A stretch of 64,000 nt of DNA from Syntrophales bacterium (GTDB lineage Bacteria; Desulfobacterota; Syntrophia; Syntrophales; PHBD01), in assembly GCA_963668175.1 (NCBI GenBank), contig OY764159.1, positions 1,248,001 to 1,312,000 on the forward strand, given 5' to 3'. The position numbers and the translations under genes are program-made. The notes below the pieces were generated by a model that was not told where the DNA came from, did no database searches, and saw only the letters and a program-made list of their open reading frames with translations. Shown piece by piece: positions 21,263-30,111 of the stretch. Each line of letters opens with the position of its first letter. The first letter of the stretch is position 1.

Positions 21263-22465
21263 ATGATAAATAATGAAAAAGAGACTTATTCGGTCCCCGG
21301 ATTCCTGGCTTTCGGGGTCCCCGTCGGGATCAAGGAGGGCGGAAGAAAAGACCTGGCCCTGATCTATTCCGTGAAACCGGCCATGACCGCCGGTGTCTTT
21401 ACGACCAACTGCTTCAAGGCCGCCCCCGTGCTGCTCGATATGGAGCGGATCGGCTCCGGCGTGGCCCAGGCCATCGTCACCAACAGCGGCAACGCCAACG
21501 CCGCCAGCGGCCGGGAAGGCTATGAAGATGCCGTGCGCATGTCCCGGTCCGCCGCCGCCCATCTGCATATTCCCGAGGAGATGGTGCTGGTCGCATCGAC
21601 GGGCGTTATCGGGCACCGGCTTCCAGTAGACAAGATCGAGGCGGGTATGGGGCATTTGGTTTCGGGTCTCCATGAACACGGCATACCCGATGCCGAGGAA
21701 GCGATCATGACGACGGACCGTTTTCCCAAGATGTCGGTCCGCCGCGGCATGTTGGGCGGGAAAGAGATTACGGTCTGCGGCATCGCCAAAGGTGCCGGAA
21801 TGATTGAACCTCATATGGCGACATTGCTTGCCTATGTGATGACCGATGCCCATATCGAATTGCCGGCGTTGCGCCGGGTCCTGAAAAAATCCGTCGAAGG
21901 CACGTTCAATGCCGTGACGGTCGACGGCTGCATGAGTACCAACGATACTGTCCTGATCCTGGCTAACGGCATGGCCGGCAATCGGATGATTAAGGGAAAC
22001 TCGAAGGATTTCAAGCTTTTTACGGATATGCTGACGGAGGTCATGGCCGATTTGGCCCTGGATATGGTGAGGGACGGCGAAGGCGCCACCAAAGTCATCG
22101 ATATCCGTGTCAATGGCGCCAAGTCGGAAACCGACGCCCGGAAGATCGCCTATGCCATCGGCAGATCCGAACTGGTCAAGACGGCCTTCTTCGGAGGCGA
22201 TCCTAATTGGGGCCGGATCTTACAGGCTGCGGGTTCTGTCGGGGTGAAATTGCCCGTCGATAACGTCGAACTCCGTTTCGAGGACGCGGTTGTCTTCTCC
22301 GGAGGACGGGGCATGGCAGGCCTGAAAAAGGTATTGGAAGAGATCATGAAGCAGGACCGGATCTCGGTGACCATCGATCTGGCCATGGGCGGCCGGTCGT
22401 GGCGTCTTCTGGCATCCGATCTGACGACGGATTACGTGAAGATCAACGCTCATTACCATACGTAA
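21263..22465 (+). CDS. argJ: bifunctional ornithine acetyltransferase/N-acetylglutamate synthase
   Basis: NSGNANA, STGVIG, KGAGMIEPHMAT (autocleavage Thr), STND, DGEGATK, DPNWGR. Confidence 0.97.
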   Translation: MINNEKETYSVPGFLAFGVPVGIKEGGRKDLALIYSVKPAMTAGVFTTNCFKAAPVLLDMERIGSGVAQAIVTNSGNANAASGREGYEDAVRMSRSAAAHLHIPEEMVLVASTGVIGHRLPVDKIEAGMGHLVSGLHEHGIPDAEEAIMTTDRFPKMSVRRGMLGGKEITVCGIAKGAGMIEPHMATLLAYVMTDAHIELPALRRVLKKSVEGTFNAVTVDGCMSTNDTVLILANGMAGNRMIKGNSKDFKLFTDMLTEVMADLALDMVRDGEGATKVIDIRVNGAKSETDARKIAYAIGRSELVKTAFFGGDPNWGRILQAAGSVGVKLPVDNVELRFEDAVVFSGGRGMAGLKKVLEEIMKQDRISVTIDLAMGGRSWRLLASDLTTDYVKINAHYHT

Positions 22466-22561
22466 AATCATATGCGGAAGGTGCTCGCAAAGCGTCTTTG
22501 ACCGCCTGGGGGCGGTTAAAGCCCGGTCCACCGGACGCTTGCGTCATGGTTCTGTTTTTCC

Positions 22562-22590
22562 TTGCTTATTTGGAATCTTTATGCTATCAG
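22562..22590 (+). promoter_or_regulatory. rpsB promoter (extended -10)
   Basis: TTGCTT-N17-TATCAG, with TG one base upstream of the -10. Confidence 0.5.
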
Positions 22591-22601
22591 CCACCGCACT
22601 T

Positions 22602-22680
22602 CGCACATCCTTGGATCGACGGGGTGTTGCTTTCCTTACGGAAAGTTCCCCGGTGAGATGAGAAGGATGGAGGAATAAAC
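22602..22680 (+). ncRNA. rpsB 5' leader (ribosomal protein S2 autoregulatory element)
   Basis: CGCACAUCCUU...GGGGUG...AAGGAUGGAGGAAUAAAC: outer stem CAUCCUU/AAGGAUG, internal GGGGUG and trailing GAGG..UAAAC match the known S2 leader layout. Confidence 0.7.
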
Positions 22681-22698
22681 AAGAAAAAGGAGTAAAAA

Positions 22699-23511
22699 AT
22701 GGCCAGTATTTCGATGAAGTTGTTGCTTGAGGCGGGGGTCCATTTCGGTCACCAGACCAACAAATGGAACCCGAAGATGAAGCCCTATATTTTCGGGGCC
22801 AGAAACGGTATTTACATTATCGACCTTCAACAGACGGTTGAGATGTTCCAGTCGGCGTACCAGTTTGTCGTGGACACGGTTGCCGCCGGGGGGACGCTCC
22901 TGTTTGTCGGGACAAAGAAACAGTCGCAGGAGGCGATCAGGGAAGAGGCGTTGCGGTGCGGCATGCCCTATGTCAACCAGAGATGGCTCGGAGGGATGCT
23001 GACGAACTTTACAACGATCAAGAAGAGCATCGACCGGCTCAACTATCTGGATAAGATGTTCGAAGACGACAGCATCAAGGCCTTTCCCAAGAAAGAGGCC
23101 CTCAAACTCCAGAAGGAAAGGGACAAACTGCAGAAGGTGCTGGGTGGAATCCGGACGATCAAGAGCCAACCCCGCGGATTGTTTATCGTCGACCCGAAAC
23201 GGGAAGACATCGCCGTCAACGAGGCCAAAAAATTGAAGGTTCCGTTGGTTGCCATTGTGGATACGAACTGCGATCCCGATGATATCGATTATGTCATCCC
23301 CGGAAACGACGATGCCATCAGGGCCATAAAACTTTTCTCGTCGCGGATTGCCGATGCCGTCATGGAAGGCAAAAAACGGTTGGAGGAGAAAATCCAGGCG
23401 GAAAGCGACAAGGGTTCGGCAGCGGCGCCCCCGGCAGCGCCGGTCGCTCAGGACGACGAAGAGCCGGATGTCCCGGAGAGTGTCGAGACGAAAAATCAGG
23501 TTGAAGGATAA
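22699..23511 (+). CDS. rpsB: 30S ribosomal protein S2
   Basis: [37 protein letters not shown]. Confidence 0.99.
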   Translation: MASISMKLLLEAGVHFGHQTNKWNPKMKPYIFGARNGIYIIDLQQTVEMFQSAYQFVVDTVAAGGTLLFVGTKKQSQEAIREEALRCGMPYVNQRWLGGMLTNFTTIKKSIDRLNYLDKMFEDDSIKAFPKKEALKLQKERDKLQKVLGGIRTIKSQPRGLFIVDPKREDIAVNEAKKLKVPLVAIVDTNCDPDDIDYVIPGNDDAIRAIKLFSSRIADAVMEGKKRLEEKIQAESDKGSAAAPPAAPVAQDDEEPDVPESVETKNQVEG

Positions 23512-23544
23512 GGACTGAACAAGGGAAACGAGGAGGTACCTACA

Positions 23545-24150
23545 TTGGAAATTACATCGGCAATGGTGAAAGATTTGCGGGTTAAGACCGGTGCCGGCAT
23601 GATGGATTGCAAAGAGGCGCTGGCGGCATCTGACGGGGATTTTGAAAAGGCGATCGATTATCTGAGGAAAAAAGGGATGTCGGCCGCGACGAAACGTTCC
23701 TCAAAGGCGGCCAAGGACGGAACGATCACGTCCTACATCCATATGGGCGGAAAAATCGGCGTCCTCATCGAAATCAACTGTGAGACGGATTTTGTCGCCA
23801 AAACGGACGATTTTCAGAATATGGCGAAAGACATCGCCATGCATATCGCTGCCACGAATCCTCTCTACCTGAGCGCGGAAGAGATAACATCCGAGGCCCT
23901 GGAGCGGGAAAAGGCCATCTACAAGGATCAGTTGATGGCCGAGAAGAAACCCGAGAAAATCTGGGACAAGATCATCGAAGGCAAGCTTAAGAAATATTAC
24001 GAGGAAGTCTGCCTTCTCGATCAGAAATTCGTGAAGGATCAGGATATTACCGTGAGTACCCTGGTGAAGAATATGATTGCGAAAACGGGCGAAAACATCA
24101 TCGTGAGGCGCTTCGCCCGCTTTCAACTGGGCGAAGAAATCAAAAAGTAA
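23545..24150 (+). CDS. tsf: elongation factor Ts (short 201-aa form)
   Basis: VKDLRVKTGAGMMDCK, EINCETDFVA; TTG start after GAGGAGG. Confidence 0.97.
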   Translation: MEITSAMVKDLRVKTGAGMMDCKEALAASDGDFEKAIDYLRKKGMSAATKRSSKAAKDGTITSYIHMGGKIGVLIEINCETDFVAKTDDFQNMAKDIAMHIAATNPLYLSAEEITSEALEREKAIYKDQLMAEKKPEKIWDKIIEGKLKKYYEEVCLLDQKFVKDQDITVSTLVKNMIAKTGENIIVRRFARFQLGEEIKK

Positions 24151-24162
24151 TTGTTCCTCATG

Positions 24163-24200
24163 CAGGGGAGATATAACTGGTTATATCTCCCCTGTTGTCT
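24163..24200 (+). terminator. terminator-like hairpin after tsf
   Basis: Perfect 15-bp inverted repeat CAGGGGAGATATAAC/GTTATATCTCCCCTG followed by TTGTCT. Confidence 0.6.
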
Positions 24201-24286
24201 CATGACCGCACAGCCATGCCGCTCCGGCGCAAACGGCCGCTCCCTGGGAGAAGCCGCGCCGCTTCGGGATAAGGCCGCGGGGGACG

Positions 24287-25009
24287 GTGAATATGAGTGG
24301 GTCCGTATATAAGAGAATATTGCTCAAACTGAGCGGGGAAGCCCTGATGGGTAAAGGCACCTTCGGAATCGATCCGGGAGTGGTTGCCGCCATTGCCGCG
24401 CAGGTCAAGGAGGTCCATGAACTCGGTGTGCAACTGGGGCTTGTCGTCGGCGGAGGAAATATCTTCCGCGGGCTTGAAGCCAGCGCCAAAGGCATGGACA
24501 GGACCGGGGCGGATTATATGGGCATGATGGCCACGGTCATCAACAGCCTGGCGCTCCAGAACGCCCTGGAACAGATCGGTGTTCCGACACGCGTCCTGAC
24601 CGCCATCGAGATGAAAGAGGTGGCGGAACCGTTTATCCAAAGAAGGGCCGTACGTCACCTGGAGAAGGGCAGGGTGCTCGTGTTCGGCGGAGGCACGGGG
24701 AACCCGTTCTTTACGACCGACACGGCCGCCGCGCTTCGAGCGGTGGAGATCAAGGCCGAAGTCCTGATGAAGGCCACCAAGGTGGACGGCGTCTACGACA
24801 AGGATCCTGTCAAGGATGCCACGGCGGTGAAATTCGACCAGTTGAGTTTCACGGAAGTCCTGACCCGGAATCTGAAAGTCATGGATGCCACGGCTATTTC
24901 GCTTTGCCGCGACAACAATCTTCCTTTGATGGTCTTTAACCTGCAAAAAGAAGGCAACATCAAGCGCGTCGTCTGCGGCGAAGCCATCGGAACGATAATC
25001 GGAGGATAA
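24287..25009 (+). CDS. pyrH: UMP kinase
   Basis: [36 protein letters not shown]. Confidence 0.98.
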   Translation: MNMSGSVYKRILLKLSGEALMGKGTFGIDPGVVAAIAAQVKEVHELGVQLGLVVGGGNIFRGLEASAKGMDRTGADYMGMMATVINSLALQNALEQIGVPTRVLTAIEMKEVAEPFIQRRAVRHLEKGRVLVFGGGTGNPFFTTDTAAALRAVEIKAEVLMKATKVDGVYDKDPVKDATAVKFDQLSFTEVLTRNLKVMDATAISLCRDNNLPLMVFNLQKEGNIKRVVCGEAIGTIIGG

Positions 25010-25012
25010 TGT

Positions 25013-25570
25013 ATGAAAGAAAAGATATTCAGCGATTTGAAGGATGACATGGACAAGACCATCCAGTCCCTCGAAAAATCTTTCAGCAAGTTGCGCACGG
25101 GCAGGGCCTCCTTGTCCCTGTTGGACGGCATCAAGGTCGATTATTACGGTGCGCCGACGCCCATCAACCAGGTGGCCAATCTCTCGGTCCCCGAGAGCCG
25201 TCTTATCGTCATATCGCCGTGGGACAGCAGCATTATCGGCGCCATCGAGAAGGCCATCCAGAAATCGGATTTGGGACTCATGCCCTCCAACGACGGCAAG
25301 GTGATCCGCATCTCGATTCCGGTGCTGACGGAAGAGCGGCGCAAGGAACTCGTCAAGGTTGGAAAGAAGATGGCCGAAGAGGCGAAAGTGAAACTGAGAA
25401 ATTCCAGACGGGACGCGAACGAACGGCTCAAGACCTTGAAAAAGGACAACAAAATATCGGAAGACGAGATGTTCACCTTTCAGGAAGACGTACAGAAAAG
25501 GATGGATAAATATATCGAAAAGACGGATGCCGTTTTCCAGGCTAAAGAGAAGGAGATCATGGAGATTTAG
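25013..25570 (+). CDS. frr: ribosome recycling factor
   Basis: [30 protein letters not shown]. Confidence 0.98.
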   Translation: MKEKIFSDLKDDMDKTIQSLEKSFSKLRTGRASLSLLDGIKVDYYGAPTPINQVANLSVPESRLIVISPWDSSIIGAIEKAIQKSDLGLMPSNDGKVIRISIPVLTEERRKELVKVGKKMAEEAKVKLRNSRRDANERLKTLKKDNKISEDEMFTFQEDVQKRMDKYIEKTDAVFQAKEKEIMEI

Positions 25571-25602
25571 AAATCGGGCCGTTATAAAAGGTTGATTTCC
25601 GG

Positions 25603-25633
25603 GCGGGATATCTTACGGGTATCCCGCTTTTTT
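25603..25633 (+). terminator. rho-independent terminator after frr
   Basis: GCGGGATA...TATCCCGC stem followed by TTTTTT. Confidence 0.8.
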
Positions 25634-25696
25634 GTTGCGCAGCTGTGAATGCGTCTTGGTCTCCGGGACGCCGGCCGGGACGGCGCGGTCCGTTTT

Positions 25697-26371
25697 TTAT
25701 GTGCGATCAGACAGGATTGCGAGAATGTCCGCCGCCGCCGAAAAGACATAGTCGGCCCCCGCTTGCGTAAGGGCGTCCCGGGAAGAATTGCCCGTCAGAA
25801 CGCCGGCTGTCAGAACGCCTGCGTTCTGACCCGCTTTGATGTCCAGGGGATGGTCGCCGACCATCATGGCATGCTCCGGCAGGACGGCAAGGCTCTTCAG
25901 TGCCGCAAGGAGATGCTCGGGATGGGGTTTCACATGGTTGGTCTGCTCCCGGGGGATAAAGGCGTCGCAGTGGGACGAAATATCCGGAAAAATGGTCGTT
26001 ACGGCCTGCCGGCAGTTACGGGTGATCACCGCGGATTTGACGTGCCGCTTCTTGAGTTCCAGGAGCATTTCCCTGCTGCCGGGAAGGAGGGAACCTGTCC
26101 GGGCGGCGGCTATTTCGATAGCCGCAACGGCGGCGCAGGCATCGGCATGAAAGCGTTTCGCCAGGCGAGGTTCCCTTCCCGCTATGATTTGCCCCGCCGT
26201 TTCGATGGCTTCCAGAACGTGAAGGCCTTCGATGGCCGTCGTCTCGACGCCCCTGTCCGCAGCGAGCGAAAGAACAGTCCGCTTCATCGCTGCAAAATCG
26301 ATATTGAGTTCGGCGAGCGTGCCGTCAAAATCGAAGACGACGCCGGCCAGGGTAAGGGCTTGCATGGTCAT
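25697..26371 (-). CDS. HAD-IA family phosphatase (phosphoglycolate phosphatase-like)
   Basis: VFDFDGTL, ITRN, KPHP, MVGDHPLD; ATG overlaps the TGA of the upstream Nudix gene. Confidence 0.88.
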   Translation of the reverse strand: MTMQALTLAGVVFDFDGTLAELNIDFAAMKRTVLSLAADRGVETTAIEGLHVLEAIETAGQIIAGREPRLAKRFHADACAAVAAIEIAAARTGSLLPGSREMLLELKKRHVKSAVITRNCRQAVTTIFPDISSHCDAFIPREQTNHVKPHPEHLLAALKSLAVLPEHAMMVGDHPLDIKAGQNAGVLTAGVLTGNSSRDALTQAGADYVFSAAADILAILSDRT

Positions 26372-27225
26372 TTGTGCCCCCGCGTATAGTTGTCCGGCAA
26401 GTCCCTTTCGATCGTCCTTTGCGACTGCCAGTGGGGCAGATCGTAACCGGCCACGGTCTTCAGGAAGTTGACGATGATATAGAAGGTCGCCCCCCACAGG
26501 ACATGCTCGTGGTCCCGGTCGTCCCTGCACACAAGGCAGGGGAATTCCCCATAACGTATCTGCCCGGATTGTTCCCGGTCCCTATAGCCGATAACGAACC
26601 TTGCGAAGTTGGTTTGATCGTAAAACGACCGCAACGGAATTTCGATGATCTGCTCGACCTCATGGTTGGCCCTGAGCGGCCAGGGATGCTTGACAAAGCC
26701 GACGAGAGGAAAGATCGTCCGCCGAAAGAGGATAAGGTCGTAGGTGGCGAAAGGACCGAGAAACCGCAGATTGAAGGGATTAAACCGGATTTCTTCCCAG
26801 GATTCCCGCAGGGCGTTGGTCAGGTAGAGGGTAATCAGCCGATAGGTTTCCCTGTCCCGCGCTTGCGCGTAAGCCCATCCTTTCCCTTGGAGATTGGGAA
26901 GAAAGCCGAACCGGACAAACCTGTCCAGGAACTGATCCACGGAGGGATGGAGCATCCCGCCGGGGCAGCTGATGTCGCCCGGCTGGGCGACATTGGCCGA
27001 ACGCTTGATAAGGAGAAAAGAAAAATCGCCCTGATCCCTGCTGCCTGCGGCTTCCTTGAAGTTTAACAGCAGAAGTACACCGGCCGTCCTGCGCGAGTCG
27101 CCCGTTTCCGATATTTTCCCGGGTTTCGGCGCCTTTTGCAGGAAATCGAGCGGTGCCAGGGCCAGTTTCTCGGTGACCCTGTCCAGGAAATCTTCTCTGC
27201 TCGACAGGTATGAGGGAGGCATCAT
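26368..27225 (-). CDS. Nudix hydrolase, CoA pyrophosphatase-like
   Basis: AGVLLLL, LIKRS, PGDISCPGG...ALRESWEEI, LWGATFYI. Confidence 0.8.
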   Translation of the reverse strand: MMPPSYLSSREDFLDRVTEKLALAPLDFLQKAPKPGKISETGDSRRTAGVLLLLNFKEAAGSRDQGDFSFLLIKRSANVAQPGDISCPGGMLHPSVDQFLDRFVRFGFLPNLQGKGWAYAQARDRETYRLITLYLTNALRESWEEIRFNPFNLRFLGPFATYDLILFRRTIFPLVGFVKHPWPLRANHEVEQIIEIPLRSFYDQTNFARFVIGYRDREQSGQIRYGEFPCLVCRDDRDHEHVLWGATFYIIVNFLKTVAGYDLPHWQSQRTIERDLPDNYTRGHK

Positions 27226-27256
27226 GGTACTCAGCTTATGTCGGCTGTTGAAAAGT

Positions 27257-27286
27257 AAAAAGCCTGACGCGGCAGCCAGGCTTTTC
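27257..27286 (-). terminator. terminator downstream of tRNA-Met
   Basis: AAAAGCCTG...CAGGCTTTT inverted repeat with A/T tracts on both sides. Confidence 0.65.
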
Positions 27287-27295
27287 GAGGTTATT

Positions 27296-27372
27296 TGGTG
27301 GCGGTGCAGGGAATTGAACCCCGGACACTACGGATATGAGCCGTATGCTCTAACCGGCTGAGCTACACCGCC
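27296..27372 (-). tRNA. tRNA-Met (CAT), probably elongator
   Basis: Reverse complement GGCGGTGTAGCTCAGCCGGTTAGAGCATACGGCTCATATCCGTAGTGTCCGGGGTTCAATTCCCTGCACCGCCACCA: 77 nt, cloverleaf, CAT anticodon, encoded CCA, paired G1-C72 so not initiator. Confidence 0.95.
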
Positions 27373-27404
27373 AGTCTGTCTTCCTTAAGGAACAGGAAAG
27401 ATCG

Positions 27405-27431
27405 GTTATAACAATTTGCGGTAAATGTCAA
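27405..27431 (-). promoter_or_regulatory. putative tRNA promoter
   Basis: Minus strand TTGACA-N15-TATAAC with TGn extension; spacer is short. Confidence 0.45.
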
Positions 27432-27435
27432 CCCC

Positions 27436-29178
27436 CTATTGCTTGGGCGTCTGCACCGGCTGGGGGGCGGACATCTTGTAGGCCACGAAGACGCTCTTCT
27501 CCCCGAAAGCCCGGCCCGTCGAGAGAACGAGCGCCATCACGATCTCCTTCTCCCCGTCGTTGTCCACGTCCTTGAACTGGTAGTCCGCCACGTAGCCGTT
27601 GATCTTCCGCGTCCGCCAGTTCTCCACCAGGCCCAGACCGTCCCATTCCATGTTGTAGATCTCGCTGGACGTGTAGATCCGGACCTTCTTCAGGAAGTTG
27701 CCGCCCGGGGAGATGTTCTTCACGATGATGATCTCCTTCTTCCCGTCCCCGTTCGTGTCGTATGTCAGAATCCGGGCGTTCATGAAGGCCCGCTGGTCCT
27801 CCGTCGCCCCCCCCGTCGTCTCCTGGCCGACGTAATCGACGTAGAGGTTGCTCCCGCCGAAGATCTCGTCGCTCTTGTAGAGCAGCTCCTTCGGTCCGCC
27901 GAAGACCCGCAGCTTGTCGATCACCATGTCCGTCGGCGTATAGATGCACAGATAGTCGTAGTCGTCGAGAGCGATGATCCTCTCCGGACCCCCCGCCTCG
28001 ATCGCGTCGATCGTGAAGTTATACACCGAAAGCCCCAGCGGAACGGTCATCTTCTTCCCTTCCTTCAGCTTGCCCCCCTCCCAGACCATCTCGTAGATGG
28101 GCGTGCTGAAGGGACGGTCCACGCCGAACCGCTGCCCCATCAGCTTGACGCCGCCGGGGGTCTCGATCGCCCGGAAAAACCAGGGCAGGCGCGTCGCCAG
28201 TTCCACGAATTTCCCGTTCTTCCATTCCAGGACAAAGGATTCCAGGGCGTTGTTCTTGAGGAGATTGGTCACGACGATCTCCTGGCGCTTGTCCTGGAAA
28301 AGATCGACGACATCGACGGCAATGTAGTTGTCGCTCATCTTCCCCTGGATCTTCTGGATCATCCTGAAATCCGAGCCCTTCTTCTGGAATATCCGGATCG
28401 AGTTGCGGTCGATGGCGACGATCTCGTTCAGGCCGTCGCCGTTCACGTCGCCGACGGCCATCCCTCTGAATTCGGTGGGATAACCCTCGCTCATCCAGAA
28501 TCCCTTCCGGTCCACGGGCTGGAAGGCGTTGATGAAATCGGGATTGATGGCCGCGGTCATGGTCCCCTTGGACGATTTTCTGATCCCCGCGATGACCTCC
28601 GATTCCCGGGCCGCAGGCGTAACAGCCGGGGCCGCAGCCGCCGGTGCCGCCGCTGCCGCAGCAGGGGCCGGTGCCGCGGGGGCCGGGGCCGCCGCAACAG
28701 CGCCGCCCATGATCCTATCAACCACTTTCTGGGAAAAATCGTTGATCTTGGGAATCACTTCGTCCATGCCGTGGCACAGGGCCGACGCCCCGAATGCCGA
28801 TTGATATTTCCCCACGTCCATCAGCTTCCCGTCGATGCTCAGGTTGTTGCCGATCTTCGAGATGCTCCCCCAGACGACGTAATCCGCCTTCATCTGCTTA
28901 CCCAGGGCATAGACATCGGCTTCCGAAAGCTGCTTGACCCCTTTGGGCTTCAGGGCGTCCGAAACCTTGTCCTTGGCCAGGACCGTGATGTTGCCGCCGG
29001 CCGAGACGCGGATGGAAATCATGTCCCAGACGGACTGCTGAATCCAGTCGATGTTCTCGCTGCTGTGCGTGGCGAAAGGCAGCACCATCACGCTCCTGGT
29101 GTCTACCGCCCACACCTTTCCGAATGCCAATACCAATACAAGCATCAATGTGCCGATGATCCATCTGCCGGTCTTCAT
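27436..29178 (-). CDS. exported FG-GAP/VCBS-repeat protein with N-terminal TolB-N/CsgG-like domain
   Basis: Signal peptide; VMVLPF...ADYVVWGSISKIG domain; Ala/Pro linker; repeats GDVNGDGLNEI, DTNGDGKKEII, DVDNDGEKEIV. Confidence 0.8.
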   Translation of the reverse strand: MKTGRWIIGTLMLVLVLAFGKVWAVDTRSVMVLPFATHSSENIDWIQQSVWDMISIRVSAGGNITVLAKDKVSDALKPKGVKQLSEADVYALGKQMKADYVVWGSISKIGNNLSIDGKLMDVGKYQSAFGASALCHGMDEVIPKINDFSQKVVDRIMGGAVAAAPAPAAPAPAAAAAAPAAAAPAVTPAARESEVIAGIRKSSKGTMTAAINPDFINAFQPVDRKGFWMSEGYPTEFRGMAVGDVNGDGLNEIVAIDRNSIRIFQKKGSDFRMIQKIQGKMSDNYIAVDVVDLFQDKRQEIVVTNLLKNNALESFVLEWKNGKFVELATRLPWFFRAIETPGGVKLMGQRFGVDRPFSTPIYEMVWEGGKLKEGKKMTVPLGLSVYNFTIDAIEAGGPERIIALDDYDYLCIYTPTDMVIDKLRVFGGPKELLYKSDEIFGGSNLYVDYVGQETTGGATEDQRAFMNARILTYDTNGDGKKEIIIVKNISPGGNFLKKVRIYTSSEIYNMEWDGLGLVENWRTRKINGYVADYQFKDVDNDGEKEIVMALVLSTGRAFGEKSVFVAYKMSAPQPVQTPKQ

Positions 29179-29333
29179 GGTATGTTGTCTCCTCGGGTTG
29201 TAGCGCTGATCAGGCATCGCTGTGCTCTTCCGCCTGACGGGTTATGTCTCTAACATTTAAGAAAAATGAGTTCAAGGGATATTTCTCCCGTCTCGCATAA
29301 CAGATTGCGCGTGAATCGTATAACGCCTGGAAG

Positions 29334-30110
29334 TCATGACAGGAGGCCCTTAAGCCACAGCCACCCGATACCCAGATATTCGTGGATGGCGATGTCGGCC
29401 TTGGAGAATCCGCCGGCCGACGGATAGAAGAGGGACGGATGGATTCCCTTGTTGACGGCCGTTATCCGGTTGACGGGGGCCGCCATTGGGAGGGCGCCGT
29501 TCTTGTGGAAGAGCGCCATGGCCCGGGACATGTGAAACGCCGAGGTTACGAGGATAAAGGGCTCTTTGCCCACGATGGCGCAAACGAACCGTGTCTGTTC
29601 TTCCGTATCTCTCGATTTCGATTCGAGAACAACAGCTTCCGGACGGACCTTCATGGTGGCGGCAATCTTCTCCATGACCTTCGCTTCCTGTTCGCTGCCG
29701 TATAGGGCGCCCCCCGAGAGAAGCAATCTGCTGCCCGGCAGCCGGTTATGTATCCCAATCCCCTCAACGAGACGCACTAAGGCGTTAGGAGCGATCCTGT
29801 CGGCCAACGACAGGCCGGATTCGGTTCTTACACCTCCCCCCAGGACGACGACCCATTTCACCTGCGCGGCCGCATTATCGTCAGCCCTGAGCATTAGCGG
29901 CGGGTACCTGTCTTCCAGGGGCCTCAGCATCATGTCCGGAAGGGGGCCGATACTCAGGACCAAAACGAGCAATACGCCCGCAGCCGTGAGTATTTTCCCC
30001 GCTTTTTGACGTCGCGTAAACAAGAGCAGGGCAAGACCGATAACCAGGAGCATGACGGTTATAGTCAGGGAGTAAAACAGAGGCGTCAGAAACTTCTTGA
30101 TGAAAAACAT
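29334..30110 (-). CDS. ElyC/YdcF (DUF218) family envelope protein
   Basis: N-terminal TMs; VVLGGG, LLSGG, SRDT, LVTSAFHMSRA, HEYLG. Confidence 0.88.
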   Translation of the reverse strand: MFFIKKFLTPLFYSLTITVMLLVIGLALLLFTRRQKAGKILTAAGVLLVLVLSIGPLPDMMLRPLEDRYPPLMLRADDNAAAQVKWVVVLGGGVRTESGLSLADRIAPNALVRLVEGIGIHNRLPGSRLLLSGGALYGSEQEAKVMEKIAATMKVRPEAVVLESKSRDTEEQTRFVCAIVGKEPFILVTSAFHMSRAMALFHKNGALPMAAPVNRITAVNKGIHPSLFYPSAGGFSKADIAIHEYLGIGWLWLKGLLS

Positions 30111-30111
30111 A

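Noticed and set aside
23545..24150. tsf as a truncated pseudogene (201 aa)
   Set aside because: A short EF-Ts form is known in several phyla; the motifs, RBS and C-terminus are intact.
27241..27435. tRNA-Met as an integration site for an island or prophage
   Set aside because: No integrase, no duplicated tRNA 3' end seen, and the flanks are ordinary genes.
28610..28710. GC-rich repeat tract
   Set aside because: It encodes an Ala/Pro interdomain linker within a CDS.
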